Assembly (NCBI GenBank): GCA_012295275.1
Contig: CM022678.1
Span: forward strand, 12,710,001-12,774,000
Direction: 5' to 3'
DNA from: Chrysomallon squamiferum
Lineage: Eukaryota > Animalia > Mollusca
Length of the DNA: 64,000 nt
A program made the translations under genes and the position numbers. The notes beneath the pieces were generated by a model. That model ran no database searches and was not told the origin of the DNA. It was given only the letters and a program-made list of their open reading frames with translations. Below are positions 44,401 to 57,296 of this stretch, piece after piece. How positions within the stretch are numbered: the stretch's first letter is position 1; every line of letters starts with the position of its first letter.

Positions 44401-47226
44401 ACAAGATATTAAATTCAAATTACTAAGAATTATTATTTGTCTTGCAGCTGTATGAAATGTTATTCTTCTTATAATATTAAAAAAATAATCTTATACTATG
44501 AAATGAAAGTAGGGGGAAAACAACAACTCAAATGCACAGAAAAATTTCAGTTGTACCACAGATAAATAGCAATATCATTTATCCTAAACACTGTTAATTT
44601 TATAGTTTCTTTCTATTAGGAATAAATATTAATGAAATTATTATTAATGATTTAGATCTATATAATTTTAAAAAAATCTCTCGTTAAATACAAGATATTA
44701 ATAAAGAAAAAGTTGAAGGAAAATGTTTATGTATTTCTGAACAAAAAATTCAGTAAAATTAAATTTCACCTTTTGATTGATATTAATCAATTATTTCCTA
44801 AACATGTAAGATTCCAATGAAGAAAGAAACAAACAAAAAAATAAATAAAATAAAAAATAAGGAAAAAAGCAGAACTCAAGACAGGTAAAATATAATACAG
44901 GTAAAAACTTACACTTCAGTATCAATTTTCATATTATTTATTAAATTTAAATCTTTATTGCAGCACTGCAATTAAATTATGTTAAAGCATAAAATAAGTT
45001 TTAAGTTGTTTTTAATCAAAATATTGCAATTATTCATATATAATAATCACTTAATTAGTTAAAATTGGTATTGTTTATTTTTTTTCAATTAAGACCATGC
45101 AATTTTTTTACCAAGACCTCAAATATGCTCAACAAAATGCAATGCAAAATGTTAATAGGACAAACATGCTGACAGACTATTGACAAACATTAATTTATAT
45201 ATCTACATACAATTATATTTTAATGACATTTTAAAACAGCAAGTTTTCTTTCTTTTTCTGAATTGAGAGCAATAAAGTCCAAAGGAAAAAGATGTGTCTC
45301 TCTGCCATTATCTCTCACACACAGACACAGACATAGACACAGAACCACAGACACACACCAAGCATACATGTAAAAAAAAAAAAAAAAAGTTATTCTTAAC
45401 CAATAAAAATAGATAAAAATTAAAATAAAATGTTTAGCTAAGATGAAAGAATTCAGTATATGTTTATTTATCATAACAAACTCCACATTAAGAATTGTTA
45501 ATATTAATATTCACCTATACCAACACCTGTTACTTTCATTTTTTCATAGCAGTAATTTTATGCTTTGTATCTAATGGAAATGTGATTATAATTTGTTTTT
45601 GGTTTTTTTTTTGGTTTGGGGGTTTTTCATATATAAATAAACCATAATAAGAAAAGGCTAATAATTATGGGTCTCGCATTCATAATACTCACCAACAATC
45701 TTAGCTAGGTCACTGTCCAAACATTCATCACACATTGCCCAGGGAAGGTCTCCATTAAAATGACCCTCCACAGCCCTGGGTGAGATAACATACAGTATAT
45801 TTAATATCTCCTAGGTGACACAATATCAAAGATATACTGGTGGCTCTTGTGAATTAAAAATGTACAACAATATTGTATTTTGTTGTTTGTGGTTTAGACA
45901 ATGGGCTATATACTAATTAATATTCCAGTATTATTTTAATCCAGGACATACATGAATAGACTAGTGTACATTTCAAGTGACAAATTTAAAAATACATAAA
46001 TAATTTAGTGTCTTATGGGCTAGTTAGCATTATATTAGATTTCTGTGGCTTAAGATAAAGTAATAAAATATGAGGCTGAAATAATTTTTGCAGACTTAAC
46101 CATGAAATTTACTGCACAGTGCAACATCTTATATTACACTTGCTCTGAAATACTACACTAATGACATATGAACTCATACGTCAGTGAAAAAAGGAACAAC
46201 TAAAACAAAAGTCTTTTGTTTCATTATATTATGGCTGAATATGATACTTTGAAACAGATCCACTGGAGTTTTGAAACAATAAAATAAAAATAAAATATAA
46301 AATAATAACAATCTTAAAATAAATAGCATAATGTTTTTACTGGCTGACGGAAAAATAAAAAATAAGAAAAATGAAAAAAAAAAACATTTTTCTGAAACTA
46401 TCTGCTAATAAAAAAAATAATTATAAAATGAAATAAATGAACATTAAAGATATAAATATCAGGCTAGCAAATTCATAAACCCAATTTTTAGTACATATTA
46501 TGAATTAATCACTAAATTTAAATCTAGAACAGCAATGCAAAAACAAGATAGAATCAATTAAAGAAAAGTTAAAAAAAAAAGTAAAAAAAAGAAAAGCAAG
46601 ACAAAACAAGAAACTACATGCAAAAACAGCCTAAATATCTACATCTAATACATTAGTAAAAATGAAGCATATATTTAAACTTTTTTTTGTGTAGTCTACA
46701 CATTAGTCTTATGAAGACAAAATCATCTTCACAACTATTTTAAGGATTTACTCACTAGCTAGTAATTTAGCAAACTTTAGGTGTTGAGAAATAAAAAAGT
46801 ATGTAAATTTTTTCATGTAGGAAATTTATTTTGAAAACTATGGATATATCTGAATTAGTTATTTTTAACTATACAAATACAGAATTACTTACAGTTTGGC
46901 CCACTTGTCTAACTCAATATCCATAAACATTTTAGTTTTTTTTGGACAAAGACCAAGTGAGTTGCCACAGAAATAAACACAGTCATCCTCTGGATCCACA
47001 AGAGATAAATCAGCTAAAAAATATATATATTATATTAAAAAATAAAAATAAAAATATATTAATGAGTAAAACTACATTTATAAAATACATAATCAAATGG
47101 ATAAAATGTTAGATAAAATTTGTTATTTATATTTTTAATAGAATATTTGAAAAGCAAAAAAAAAAGGAAAATAAACATATTGAAAAAAAAAAGTTTAAAT
47201 GGAAAGGAATGAACATATTACTAATG

Positions 47227-47268
<42 letters not shown>

Positions 47269-48884
47269 GTATAAAATCACAATGTTAATTCCATCTATAT
47301 TAATAACAATATTTTGGATCTAATTGCTGATTTTCTTTCATATTGCTACCTCGTTAAGAATAAAGTGATTGTGGCACCAAGCACAACTCAAGCCTGTGCC
47401 CTAACCATGAGCAAAAGCTTTAATCTTGGCCCATGTTTGAACCTGATAAACTGTTGGAACTTTGAAACTATTACAAAGTACAGCTGAAAATATAATCAAA
47501 AATTAAGATTAGTGGAAGAATCACTTTATTCTTAATGGGGCCAGAGATATAAAGGAAAATGAGCACTTTGTCAAAAATTTGTGTTGTGAATTCTCTAACT
47601 GGAATTTATCTCTGACAGTTTGTGTGTGTGTGCAATGAATACCTTTCAAATAATTTTATTTTCATTTTTTTATATATATGATTGGAAAGTGAACTTCTAA
47701 ACTGAGAAAAGCTATTTTCTGATAGTCTTTTATAAACTAGACAACCATCATTATTAACTTCAAACATATAATACAAATCTGTAGAGAAAAGCTTTAAATG
47801 ACCAAAAAGTTAACTTATATTAGTACTAAGGTTTTTTTAATGACAATAACTCTTGAAGTTTGTGGATTTACAATATTTTACTGTAGCCATCTATAATACT
47901 CATAAAAACAATTATACAAATTAACAGATGAAAGAAACTTAAAAATAGTTCTGGTAAAATACTAGAATGAACAAAGCACCACATGAATCTAATTTGCTAC
48001 ATGATACAAGATTGGGAATCATGATCATTTTAGAGATGTGAAGTAACATATAGGCATAAGCCACTTCATGTCCCTTTCAGATCAATGCTCAGATCACTTA
48101 CACTGCCATATCAGATGCATTTCATTTTGGGATAGACTGAAGCACAATCTCATCAATAGATGCATCAGTCTGAATTTTCTACAGATTATTAAAATAATTA
48201 TATGTATACATATCTTTAAATTGTGATGTCCTTTAAGAGAAAACTTTGTTTGAATAAAGTGAGTAAAATTGATCTTTTCCCAAAACAAAACGCACTCAAA
48301 ATTACTCAAAACAGTCAGTAGAACAATTGTTCAAGCAAAATCAAGTTGAAAGATAAGAGAAAAATCTTTTGGACTAATGTTTGAATTCAACTGCCATTTG
48401 CATCAGGCTGGGGGGGTTCTTTTACGCTGTGGGGTGTGAGAACAGTGACACAGATGTACCTATAGTACTGTACAAGGTACAAGTCTGACTGGGAATTGTA
48501 CTTTGTAGCTGAATATATTCATTTTAATTAAAAGTGGATTTGTTTTTGATATATAATGTTACATGTGAAAAGAGGAGGAAAAAATAAATAATTGTACAAA
48601 CTGTACTGCAACATAATTGTTATAAAAATTGTTATAAAAAAAAAATAATTGTTAAAAGATTTGTAAAAAAAAAATATATATTATTATAAAAAAAGATTTC
48701 TAGCTTAAATGAGCAACTCACTGTGTGCAAGGTCTTTCATTTTGGGATAGAAAAAGTCATCTCGTAGAAAATGAAGTTTATCTTGTTTATCCATGTACAA
48801 TGCAAACTGAAGATCGTTAACATCATAACCCAGTTCATTAGCAACTGAAACTAATTCCTCAGCAGGATGATTTTTTGAAGCCAT
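35496..48884 (-). CDS. KYNU: Kynureninase (PLP-dependent), 465 aa, 11 coding exons plus one alternative exon
   Basis: Exons with GT-AG boundaries and consistent phases: 48884-48722, 47013-46893, [45775-45693 or 43559-43477], 42001-41940, 41646-41575, 41232-41158, 40824-40579, 40191-40065, 39720-39635, 39392-39156, 35621-35496. Total 1398 nt. Motifs: [55 protein letters not shown] (PLP lysine), [33 protein letters not shown]. Confidence 0.97.
36358..36470 (+). mobile_element. RTE-clade LINE/SINE 5' fragment in the last KYNU intron
   Basis: ccttgttgtgatgaaggggcttgtatgtctcaa...acccatgctggacaggtca resembles the recalled 5' region of RTE/BovB-like elements. Confidence 0.5.
37300..38750. mobile_element. 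Heavily decayed coding-like insertion in the last KYNU intron, possibly transposase-derived
   Basis: Higher-complexity, microsatellite-free block with short broken ORFs. Plus-strand pieces [15 protein letters not shown] and KDMASLL loosely recall KDZ/HMGXB3-type transposase motifs. Family and strand are uncertain. Confidence 0.25.
43477..43559 (-). CDS. KYNU: KYNU alternative coding exon 3B: [27 protein letters not shown]
   Basis: 83 nt, acceptor ttacttgtag after a T-rich tract, donor GTGAGT, same phases as 3A, open frame. 17/27 aa identical to 3A. Confidence 0.9.
45693..45775 (-). CDS. KYNU: KYNU alternative coding exon 3A: [27 protein letters not shown]
   Basis: 83 nt, acceptor tatctcacccag, donor GTGAGT, phase 2 in and phase 1 out, open frame. 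Homologous to human [27 protein letters not shown]. Confidence 0.9.
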
Positions 48885-49294
48885 TACTGTAACTAAATAT
48901 GAAACAAAATTAATTTAGAAAACAAAAAACGGTACAATGTACATAAATATATAATATATAAAATTTACAAAATGATAAAATTGTATGTGCCAGTTATGAT
49001 TATCATTATAGTTAAAGCTTCATTCGGTGTAGATCATATACCAAAGTAGCACCCTTTATTTACTTAATTAATAACGGTTAATAATAACTTGTTAATTAAT
49101 ATAGTCATGAAAAAATATAGCAAATATTAATCTTATTAATTAGTCTGTAGAGTTATTGTTGTTATTATTATTATATAATTCAATAGTTACCGTGTCGGGT
49201 GTAACTTTTTTCAGTAACTATACACATGATAATCGATAGGTCACTTACACTTTAAGTTTACGTTAAATATCGTTATGACTTCAAATAGATCATT

Positions 49295-49342
<48 letters not shown>

Positions 49343-49441
49343 ATGTCAATAACTTGAACTCAATTTACTTATATGACGACGTATTTTTTCAATTTAATAA
49401 AAATTTGCTGACCCGTAGAAAACAATTTGACCTACACTTAC

Positions 49442-49520
49442 CTTTAAGCCGCGTGGCACTCACTCTGCCGTTCAGGAAAAGCAGACGGCAAATTTGTAAT
49501 ACGGTCTTGTCACGTGATGC
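49442..49520 (-). promoter_or_regulatory. Probable KYNU non-coding first exon and promoter
   Basis: Locally GC/CpG-rich patch ending in a strong donor AAG|GTAAGT (GT at 49441-49440). E-box GTCACGTGA at 49509-49517. The ATG exon at 48884 is preceded by an AG acceptor. Confidence 0.55.
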
Positions 49521-49529
49521 GAGCATGTC

Positions 49530-49560
<31 letters not shown>

Positions 49561-49753
49561 AATATTCTGATTGAAATTACTTTCTTCTTCTTTTTTTTTT
49601 TGTTACCCCACGCTTACGGATTAGCCTTTTATGAGAAAAATGAGCATTTAATAATTTATGAAAAGTGAAACATTTGAATGTCAATATTAAAATAACAGTT
49701 ACATGAAGAATTTAAAGAGTAAATGTCTTGCAAAATAATAATAATAAAAATAA

Positions 49754-49784
<31 letters not shown>

Positions 49785-50680
49785 AAAAAGAAGAAGAACA
49801 AAAATATATATATACACATAAATTGACAATAACAACACACACACACAAATATATATCCAAAACAATTTTTTTAAATAAAATAAATAATTATTATTCATTA
49901 TTATTTTTGTTAATATTGCAAGAAAAAAAAAAAAAAAAAGATATGCAAATGTAAAAAAAAAAATTAGAATAATTATATATATCCTTTCAGTATTGTAATT
50001 TTACAGCACAGAGTTGTTTGCGTATTTCAAAAAATAAAGAAGTAAAGAAATAAAAATATGATTAAAAATAACGAAACTATATTATCATATTCGTAGTTTA
50101 TGCCCTTGCTCATGAATAACTAATTTTAAAACTATCTCTATCTGTATTTAATCTATCTATTTATCTGTCTATCTATCTATCTAACTACATGTCTATCTAT
50201 CTATTTGTTGTCTTTTTTATTCAATCATTCGATGACTGTATCACTCGCTGTGGGGTGACAATCTAGTCTAGTCTTTGTGTGTGTTACAAACAATCACTGA
50301 TTGCTACTTCATACACTGATGAATGAACTGAAGTAAATATACAGTTAAAAAATAAAATATTAAAATAAACTGTTACAAATAGTTTTACTTCGAAATATTC
50401 AAACTTATGCCTGTCGTCACTTAGTGACTCACTATAATTTAACTTTCTGTTTAGTTAACATACAGATCCTGTATCACTATGATAATGAGACTTACCATTA
50501 CAAGTAAGCACTGATAGAAGTCTTCCACACGATTTAAAACTGGTTGTTATGTACATTTTAAAAGCTAGTGGCTTAGCACTTTCATCATTCCATGAAGTGT
50601 AATAATGTTTACCCGACTCGGTGAACTCGACCTTCTCTTTCGACTCTCTATTTATTATTCATCCGGGTACGGGTGCATAA

Positions 50681-52020
50681 TACAGTGGACTCTGTCAAAA
50701 CCGGATTCTCTTGGGACTAGCGGTATATGCTGTTTCAGTTAGAGTGTCGGTTTATAAGATTAAACTAACATGAAATAGAATGTTTTGTTTATTTTATTTT
50801 ATTTTATTTTTACGAATATTACAAATAAAATTCTATCGGGTGTCAGCTGAAAAAGTCTGTCACTGATGGTGTGGTGAAATACTCGCCTTTCTTTTAAGTC
50901 TTAAGTCGCCTTTATTTTATTTAATTTAATTTTTAATTTAATTTTTTTTTAATTTTTATAAATTAATTAAATTTAATTAATTTAATTTAATTTAATTGTT
51001 AATTGTTTTCAAATATACCACTTAGAAGTGAAAAGTATAGTACATTATGCCTCCATTTTGACCAACGTGACGTGAACACATTTTCCATCAAATTATATTT
51101 GTTAATAAATAATGTGACTAAAAGTACGAAGAGCTGCAAAAAAATAAAAAATAAAAAAATGTGATTGTTTTGCTGTTGTCGTTACAGGTTGACAATAAAC
51201 ACAGTTCTTTTAAATTTGTATACAAATTAAATTATTGGAAATGGACATGAGAATCTACTTTCTAGAGTAAAAATTACAGCTGGCAAACAAAAGCAAACAG
51301 AATCCGAGAATTGAGAAAGCAGACTGCAAGTAACCGAAAAGAAACATAAAACTTTTGTTAAGTAATTTGATCACTTATGTTAATATCCAGTTTTATTAGA
51401 AATAGCACATCGTTGAATACAAGTAGATGTTTACTTGTATGTTTGCGACAGTGGCGTGGTTATGTCGTATTGTCTCATTTCGCCTTACTGTGTCTAGAGG
51501 AAGAATTGACTTCTCCCTATTTCTCTAGCCTAGCGTAAATCGTGCATACCAAATATTCTGTTTACACAGAGGATTTGATGAAAACTGTTAATGTTTAGGT
51601 CGTGCTGTCATTACGACTAATTCACTAATACACTAATTCATTAACACATTACTAATAATCTTGTTTATTTAGCTGCATATAATAATTACAAAAGGTATGG
51701 AATCATTATTTATTAAGACTTCAAAGAAGCACGATCATTTTATCTCATGCGCTAGCCTAATCACGTGCAAATTGTCGCTGTTGCCAATTTAGATAAAACT
51801 AATTGCTATTCAACTTGTTCTGTTTTTTTGTTCTGGAATTTACACTCGAAATCTGAAGTACACAATGACAATGACTTTATTATCATGGGATTACAATTCA
51901 GAGAAGAATGCATTACAGATTTATACTAACAAAATTAAAATGCACATCCGGATTAGTCAAGGTTTTGTTCGTAACAGATTAACGTAGCTGGACGGGCTTT
52001 GAAATGGTGCCGGTTTAGTT
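50681..52020 (+). mobile_element. Possible decayed pogo/Tigger-like DNA transposon remnant
   Basis: TA|CAGTGGACTCTGTCAAAACCGGAT TIR-like start. CENP-B/psq HTH-like relic RIYFLE*KLQLANKSKQNP near 51250-51305. No clean right TIR found. Confidence 0.3.
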
Positions 52021-52414
52021 GCCATATACAATGATATAGTTGAAAAATAGAACGGTGGAACGCCTTAGTCTTTAGGACTAAATTAACGTAAAAGTTGGGA
52101 AATTATAATACCTTTGTACAAAACCTGGTGTAAGCCTCTATCTTACAGAAGAGCGATCTTCGTTGTTGCACGAGTAGAAACTGAAGATGAAAAAATTACT
52201 GACAGAAATAATTAAAATAAAACTGCACTTTTTATTCACAAATATTTTTTTATTAACAATATTGTGAAATATAATTAATAATTTTTTTTTAAAAGACATT
52301 ATTATTATTATTATTATTATTTAATGTATCCGGTTGAATAGCTGTTCCAAAAATGTATTGTTGAAAATATGTTTAAGGACTATAGATATAAAGACATCTT
52401 CAATCACTTGTCCG

Positions 52415-52536
52415 CTGTGGATTGGTATTTGTGGAATAATTTCGGAATTATCCGAGTTATCCCGAATGAAATGTCAATGTCTGTCCTTGTACATCCGGTC
52501 TAAACATTTACGATAGCTGTTTTCATTAATAACAGT
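52415..52536 (+). promoter_or_regulatory. Probable promoter and non-coding first exon of the ASB-like gene
   Basis: CpG-containing patch with reverse CCAAT (GATTGG, ~52420), ending at donor GTGAGT (52537). The ATG at 53147 sits directly after an acceptor AG, so an upstream exon is required. Confidence 0.4.
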
Positions 52537-53146
52537 GTGAGTGTAGTCTTGCAGTTTATGGCGTGATTAATATAAATATAATTGTTATTTAATTATATTG
52601 AATGAATAATGGTGTGTTACTTGTTAATAGACTATTCAATTCCAGATTGTTTAACAAAACATAAAAAAGCTATACTGCTTAAAAAAAATTATTGTCGTAT
52701 TTGGTAGCCGACACTTTTTTTGAATCAGAGATAACATGATGGTTTGGGTTTTGTTCCTTTATTGAGTTTACGAAATTATAACTGAGCTTTAAAATACACG
52801 AATAAAAACCCAAAGAGTACAAATTGACAATTAGCTTTACAATTTTTTTAAATTTTATTTTTATTTTATTTTATTTTATTTATTAGTGATTACATAATTT
52901 ACTGGAGTTTAGGATTGTAAGTTTTGGATTAGAGCATTGCTTTCTAAATGAATTGGCAGTAGAAGCATACAAATATTCTTTAATTCAAAACATATCACTG
53001 ACAAACATTATTTTGAAACATGTAAGATGTCATGAACTAAAATTTCAGTTGCAAATGCATGCAAAAATAATATTTTATTTTAACAATAATTCTCTTTTAA
53101 TCAGTGCTTATTAAACTAAAACTAAATTATCTTACACTGATTGTAG

Positions 53147-54682
53147 ATGGCTGAATCTGATGAACAGTATCCACTTCCTCCACCACTTCCACCTGCTGTA
53201 CCAAGATGTCCATGGACGCTGGACACTCACAGCAACAGAGGTTAGAAGTTAGTCAATGTCTTTATAGTGCTAATTGAAATTCACACAGATGTAAATGGTG
53301 CCAGATGAATAATTTTATTTTCAGAGTTGCTGAAACATTACAGCTGGCTTAGTAAGAATAATAAATACTGCATATTTTAAGGAAAATAATTAAAAAGAAC
53401 CAATGAAAAACCATAAATAAAATTTCAGGGCATTTTTTATTTCATTTTTTGTTATGAAGAAAAGAACAGTTTTTGTCTCTAACAAATTCAGAACCATAAG
53501 AAAAGTCAGTGATTATTAAGTAGAAATTTAATTTTTGAAGTTTATTTTGTAGGAAAACGATACCAGAAAGAATTGCAGTTCCGTCTTGTTGGTGCTATAG
53601 AACAACAGAACACGGAGAAAATTAAATATCTTATCCAGTGTGGTGTTAACACTGACTGTACAATTCTCTATGCCAAAACTCCACTTCTGCATGCCACTGA
53701 ACAAGGATATGAAGAAGTTGCAACACTTTTAATGGACTCTGGTGCTGATCTAGAGAAAGCAGAATTTGTAGCTTCACAGAGACAACCACTTCACATAGCA
53801 GCCACAAATGGATCATACAACTTAACAAAAGCACTGCTAATCAGAGGAGCCAAAGTGGATGGAAAAGATGGGTCAGGGATGACTGCTTTGCATCACGCAT
53901 GTTTCCACGGGCATGCAGATGTTGCTGATCTGCTCCTCCAGTATGGTGCTAGTGTTATGACAAGTGATAATTGTTCCAGAGATGCATTCCACAGGGCGGT
54001 AGAAGGGGGACACCTTGATCTAGCAGACATGCTGCTTCATCACAATGCTGCCATTGATGGTGTTGACAGGTTTGGCTGGTCACCATTGTTCCAGTGTGTT
54101 GCTTGTAACAGAATTGATAGAGTCAAGTTTTTACTTGATAGAGGTGCAGATATTAACTTAACAGACAAAAAAGGTGACACCCCACTGCATATTGCTTGTT
54201 GCCGGTTGTCAAGAGAAAATGTCAGAATTATGTTATCCACTTCAGTGGACTTTTATAGACGAATTAGAAAAATTCCTACATCAGAGCTTCAGGAATTGTT
54301 ACAAGATGAACACAGTAATGATTTTGAAATGGTTCAACTTCTTATAAACCGAGGTTCAGATATCAATGCTGTTAATGATTTCTTTGCCCGTCCTCTTCAT
54401 CTGGCTCGTGATCCAATGATTCTTAAGTTTCTAGTCTATTGTGGATCTGTGATTGACTTTGAAATGTTGTTGTGTATGTTTGTGGAGTCAATGCAAAGCA
54501 GCTGGTTGTCAGATCACTTTAGTGAGCAACTGCAGTTGCAGAAACTGTGCCGCACAGCTATACGTTCATGTCTGAGACACACTCATGATATTGAGAGTGC
54601 AATTGTTCGACTGCCAGTGCCAGAAAAGATGAAGGAATATCTGAACCTGTCTGATTTCTGGGAGGATGTGTCAACATCATAA
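53147..54682 (+). CDS. Ankyrin repeat and SOCS box protein (ASB-like Cullin-5 substrate adaptor), 407 aa, 2 coding exons
   Basis: Exon 53147-53240 (MAESDEQYPLPPPLPPAVPRCPW..., donor G|GTTAG) splices in frame to 53553-54682. About 7 ankyrin repeats (TPLLHA, QPLHIAA, TALHHAC, DAFHRAV, SPLFQC, TPLHIAC, RPLHLA). C-terminal SOCS box LQLQKLCRTAIR...LPVPEKMKEYL. Confidence 0.93.
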
Positions 54683-54719
54683 ATTAATTTTATATAATGT
54701 GAACTCTCTGAACTCTAGG

Positions 54720-55130
54720 TACAAGTTTTCCAGCAATACCTTCCAGATCTCTGTTTTTATACCCAAGTAACAGTGCCTATCAATGAAGATTGCGATTATT
54801 ATAAACTGTATAATTATATACTCTCTACAACTTGTTTCAGAATTTGGTGTGTTTTAGTATCACTGCCAGCCACGAGACTGTCATCCATCGTATATACCCT
54901 TCTGATTCCTCCTAGCATCTGATCCATTATTCTCTGGAATGCTTCAGGAGCACAGGAAATTGCAAATGGAAGATGTAACCATCTGTATCTTTCTATGGTG
55001 TATTGAGTTTTGTGAGATAGGAGGAAGTTCATCAAGTTTCATCTGGAGAAATCCACACTTTGCATCTTGTTTGGAGAATACATTGGCTTCAGGAATTTTT
55101 GATACTTTGTCATTTATAGGTAATGTTTTC
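54720..55130 (-). mobile_element. Ty3/Gypsy-type reverse transcriptase fragment
   Basis: NVFSKQDAKCGFLQMKLDE, RYRWLHLPFAISCAPEAFQRIMDQML and YTMDD (degenerate YxDD), broken by frameshifts. Confidence 0.8.
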
Positions 55131-56889
55131 TCTTAATATCAACTTTGAGAACTGGTGAATTTTGTACATTCACAAAGAAACTTCAGAAGAAACCAACATG
55201 GTCAATAAAAAAGCTTTGAACTTGGTACCTGTGATTTTGTTTATTCTAATAGGTTTATTATTTTGAAACAGTAAGAACCATCCAGCCAAAAATTTCGAAT
55301 ATTCAGTATCTTGGTAAATGAAATATTTTCATTACTATAAAAATAATTGGCACTCCAATAATAATTATAAATAAATAAAGCTAAACAAATAAAATTATTT
55401 TTAAATAATTTATTAACCTATGAAACATCAGTATCACAAATTGTTTTCAAATGACATGATTGTATCACAAACACTGTAATCACAAAACCGAAATAAATCC
55501 ACTGCTGTGTTCGTGGAAGACCATATTATATGAGCATGTCGTTTTGTTGTTCTTCCTTTAAAAAAAAACTGGAATAAAAGAATTGCACACATACCAATCT
55601 GAAAATTTCACGCCTAATAAAAGTCATGGCAAATTTCATTGCAATATATTCCAATGACTAGTTCAAGGTTATTTTTCAAAAAAATATTTTGTTATTTTGA
55701 TTTGACTGAAGATTAGCTAAAGCTTGTTTTTCAGTAAATAATTTAAAGTTTAAATATTTTGTTACCAGTCGTTTGTTTTCACATCACCAAGCCTGTTTTT
55801 TTTTGTTTTTTTGTACACCACACTTAAATCAATATTTCAAGTCACTACAATGGTAAATATATATAAAAAGTAACTAAAAAAAGTAACTAAATAAATTAAT
55901 ATTAAATAGAGATATTACTTTTTATTAAGAACTATTAATTTTTATTGATATATAAAATAAAATGAAATTTTGTTTTAAATGGAGATATTACTGATAAAGT
56001 TTTATTGATATATGTCAAGTGTGCGAAGGTTGGCAGAAGCAAAATAGCCATGATGCATTGCACACTGATAAAAGCTATGGCTCTAGTGAAAACAAGCAAC
56101 TGTGCAGTCTGATTTAAAAATCAAAGAGAAATATTAGAAATCCAAGAATAACTAAAAAGAGGATATGTAAAATTAATGAATGTTCTTAAAAACATATATT
56201 GTTTCTTGTTAATAATGAAAAAAATATATATATAATATAGTGTTGTTTTTCTGAATAGTTAAATAGTATAAAATGTGTTTGTATGGCTGGATATGTTCAG
56301 TTAAAATTAGACTTGGTTTAACATTTTTTAAATTATTTTTCACATCATTTTCATATTCTACAAATATCTTAAATGTCTGGGTTTATAAAATTTTCATTTT
56401 TAATTCTATATAAATTACATTTATTTTGTAATTCATTTTTTTGTTTTTTAAACCACAGTTGTTTTAATTATATTTTAACACATCTGTTTCATAAGAATAT
56501 ATTCAACAACAATTAATATTTAATAACAAAAAAATAACAATCCCAGTTACAATATAAAACTCAAAATAAAATATCTGACACACTCAAAGGAAACACAGGG
56601 CAAACAATTCAGTAAAGAAAACAGTTTCATTTTCTGACTCCTTTAACACTCAGAACCAAACAAAAACTGCACTTTAAACACCTGACTATAGAATTTTAAC
56701 ATTAAACAAAATATTAAAAATTTACATTATACACTCAATTCACGTTCAACACTTGATGATAAATTACATCTTATGATTACAATTTACATTCATTATCTGA
56801 CAAAAAAAAAAAACAACATGATATATATATAAAATGTTTACATTTACATTCTGAGAAATGAAATGATAAAACTTTCGTATCTAACAAAA

Positions 56890-57170
56890 AACCCTGTTCA
56901 CATTCAATGAAAAACAGTCCATATTCAATTTTTTAATGAAAAAAGTCCATGTTCAATGTCTGAAGAAAAACTCCATATTCAATTTTTTAATGAAAAACAG
57001 TCCATATTCAATGTTTGAATGAAAAACAGCCCATATTCAGTGTTTGAATGAAAAACAGTCCATATTCAATGTTTGAATGAAAAACAGTCCATATTGAGTG
57101 TTTGAATGAAAAACAGTCCAATAAAAAATAGTTCATGTTCTCAGTGTCCAATGAAAAACAGTTCAAATGA
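56890..57170. repeat. Minisatellite, ~29-bp unit (TGAAAAACAGTCCATATTCAATGTTTGAA)
   Basis: About 8-9 tandem copies. Confidence 0.85.
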
Positions 57171-57231
57171 GAAAGGTCAAATTAAAAATCTGATGAAAAA
57201 CCCATTCATTTGATTAAAAACAGTTGAAATT

Positions 57232-57296
<65 letters not shown>

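Noticed and set aside
43477-45775. Assembly or haplotype duplication explaining the two KYNU exons
   Set aside because: The copies are strongly diverged, with many synonymous changes, and their flanking introns are unrelated.
48075-48160. Intronic C/D box snoRNA (TGATGA...CTGA on the minus strand)
   Set aside because: Imperfect box C context, weak terminal stem and no recognisable rRNA guide.
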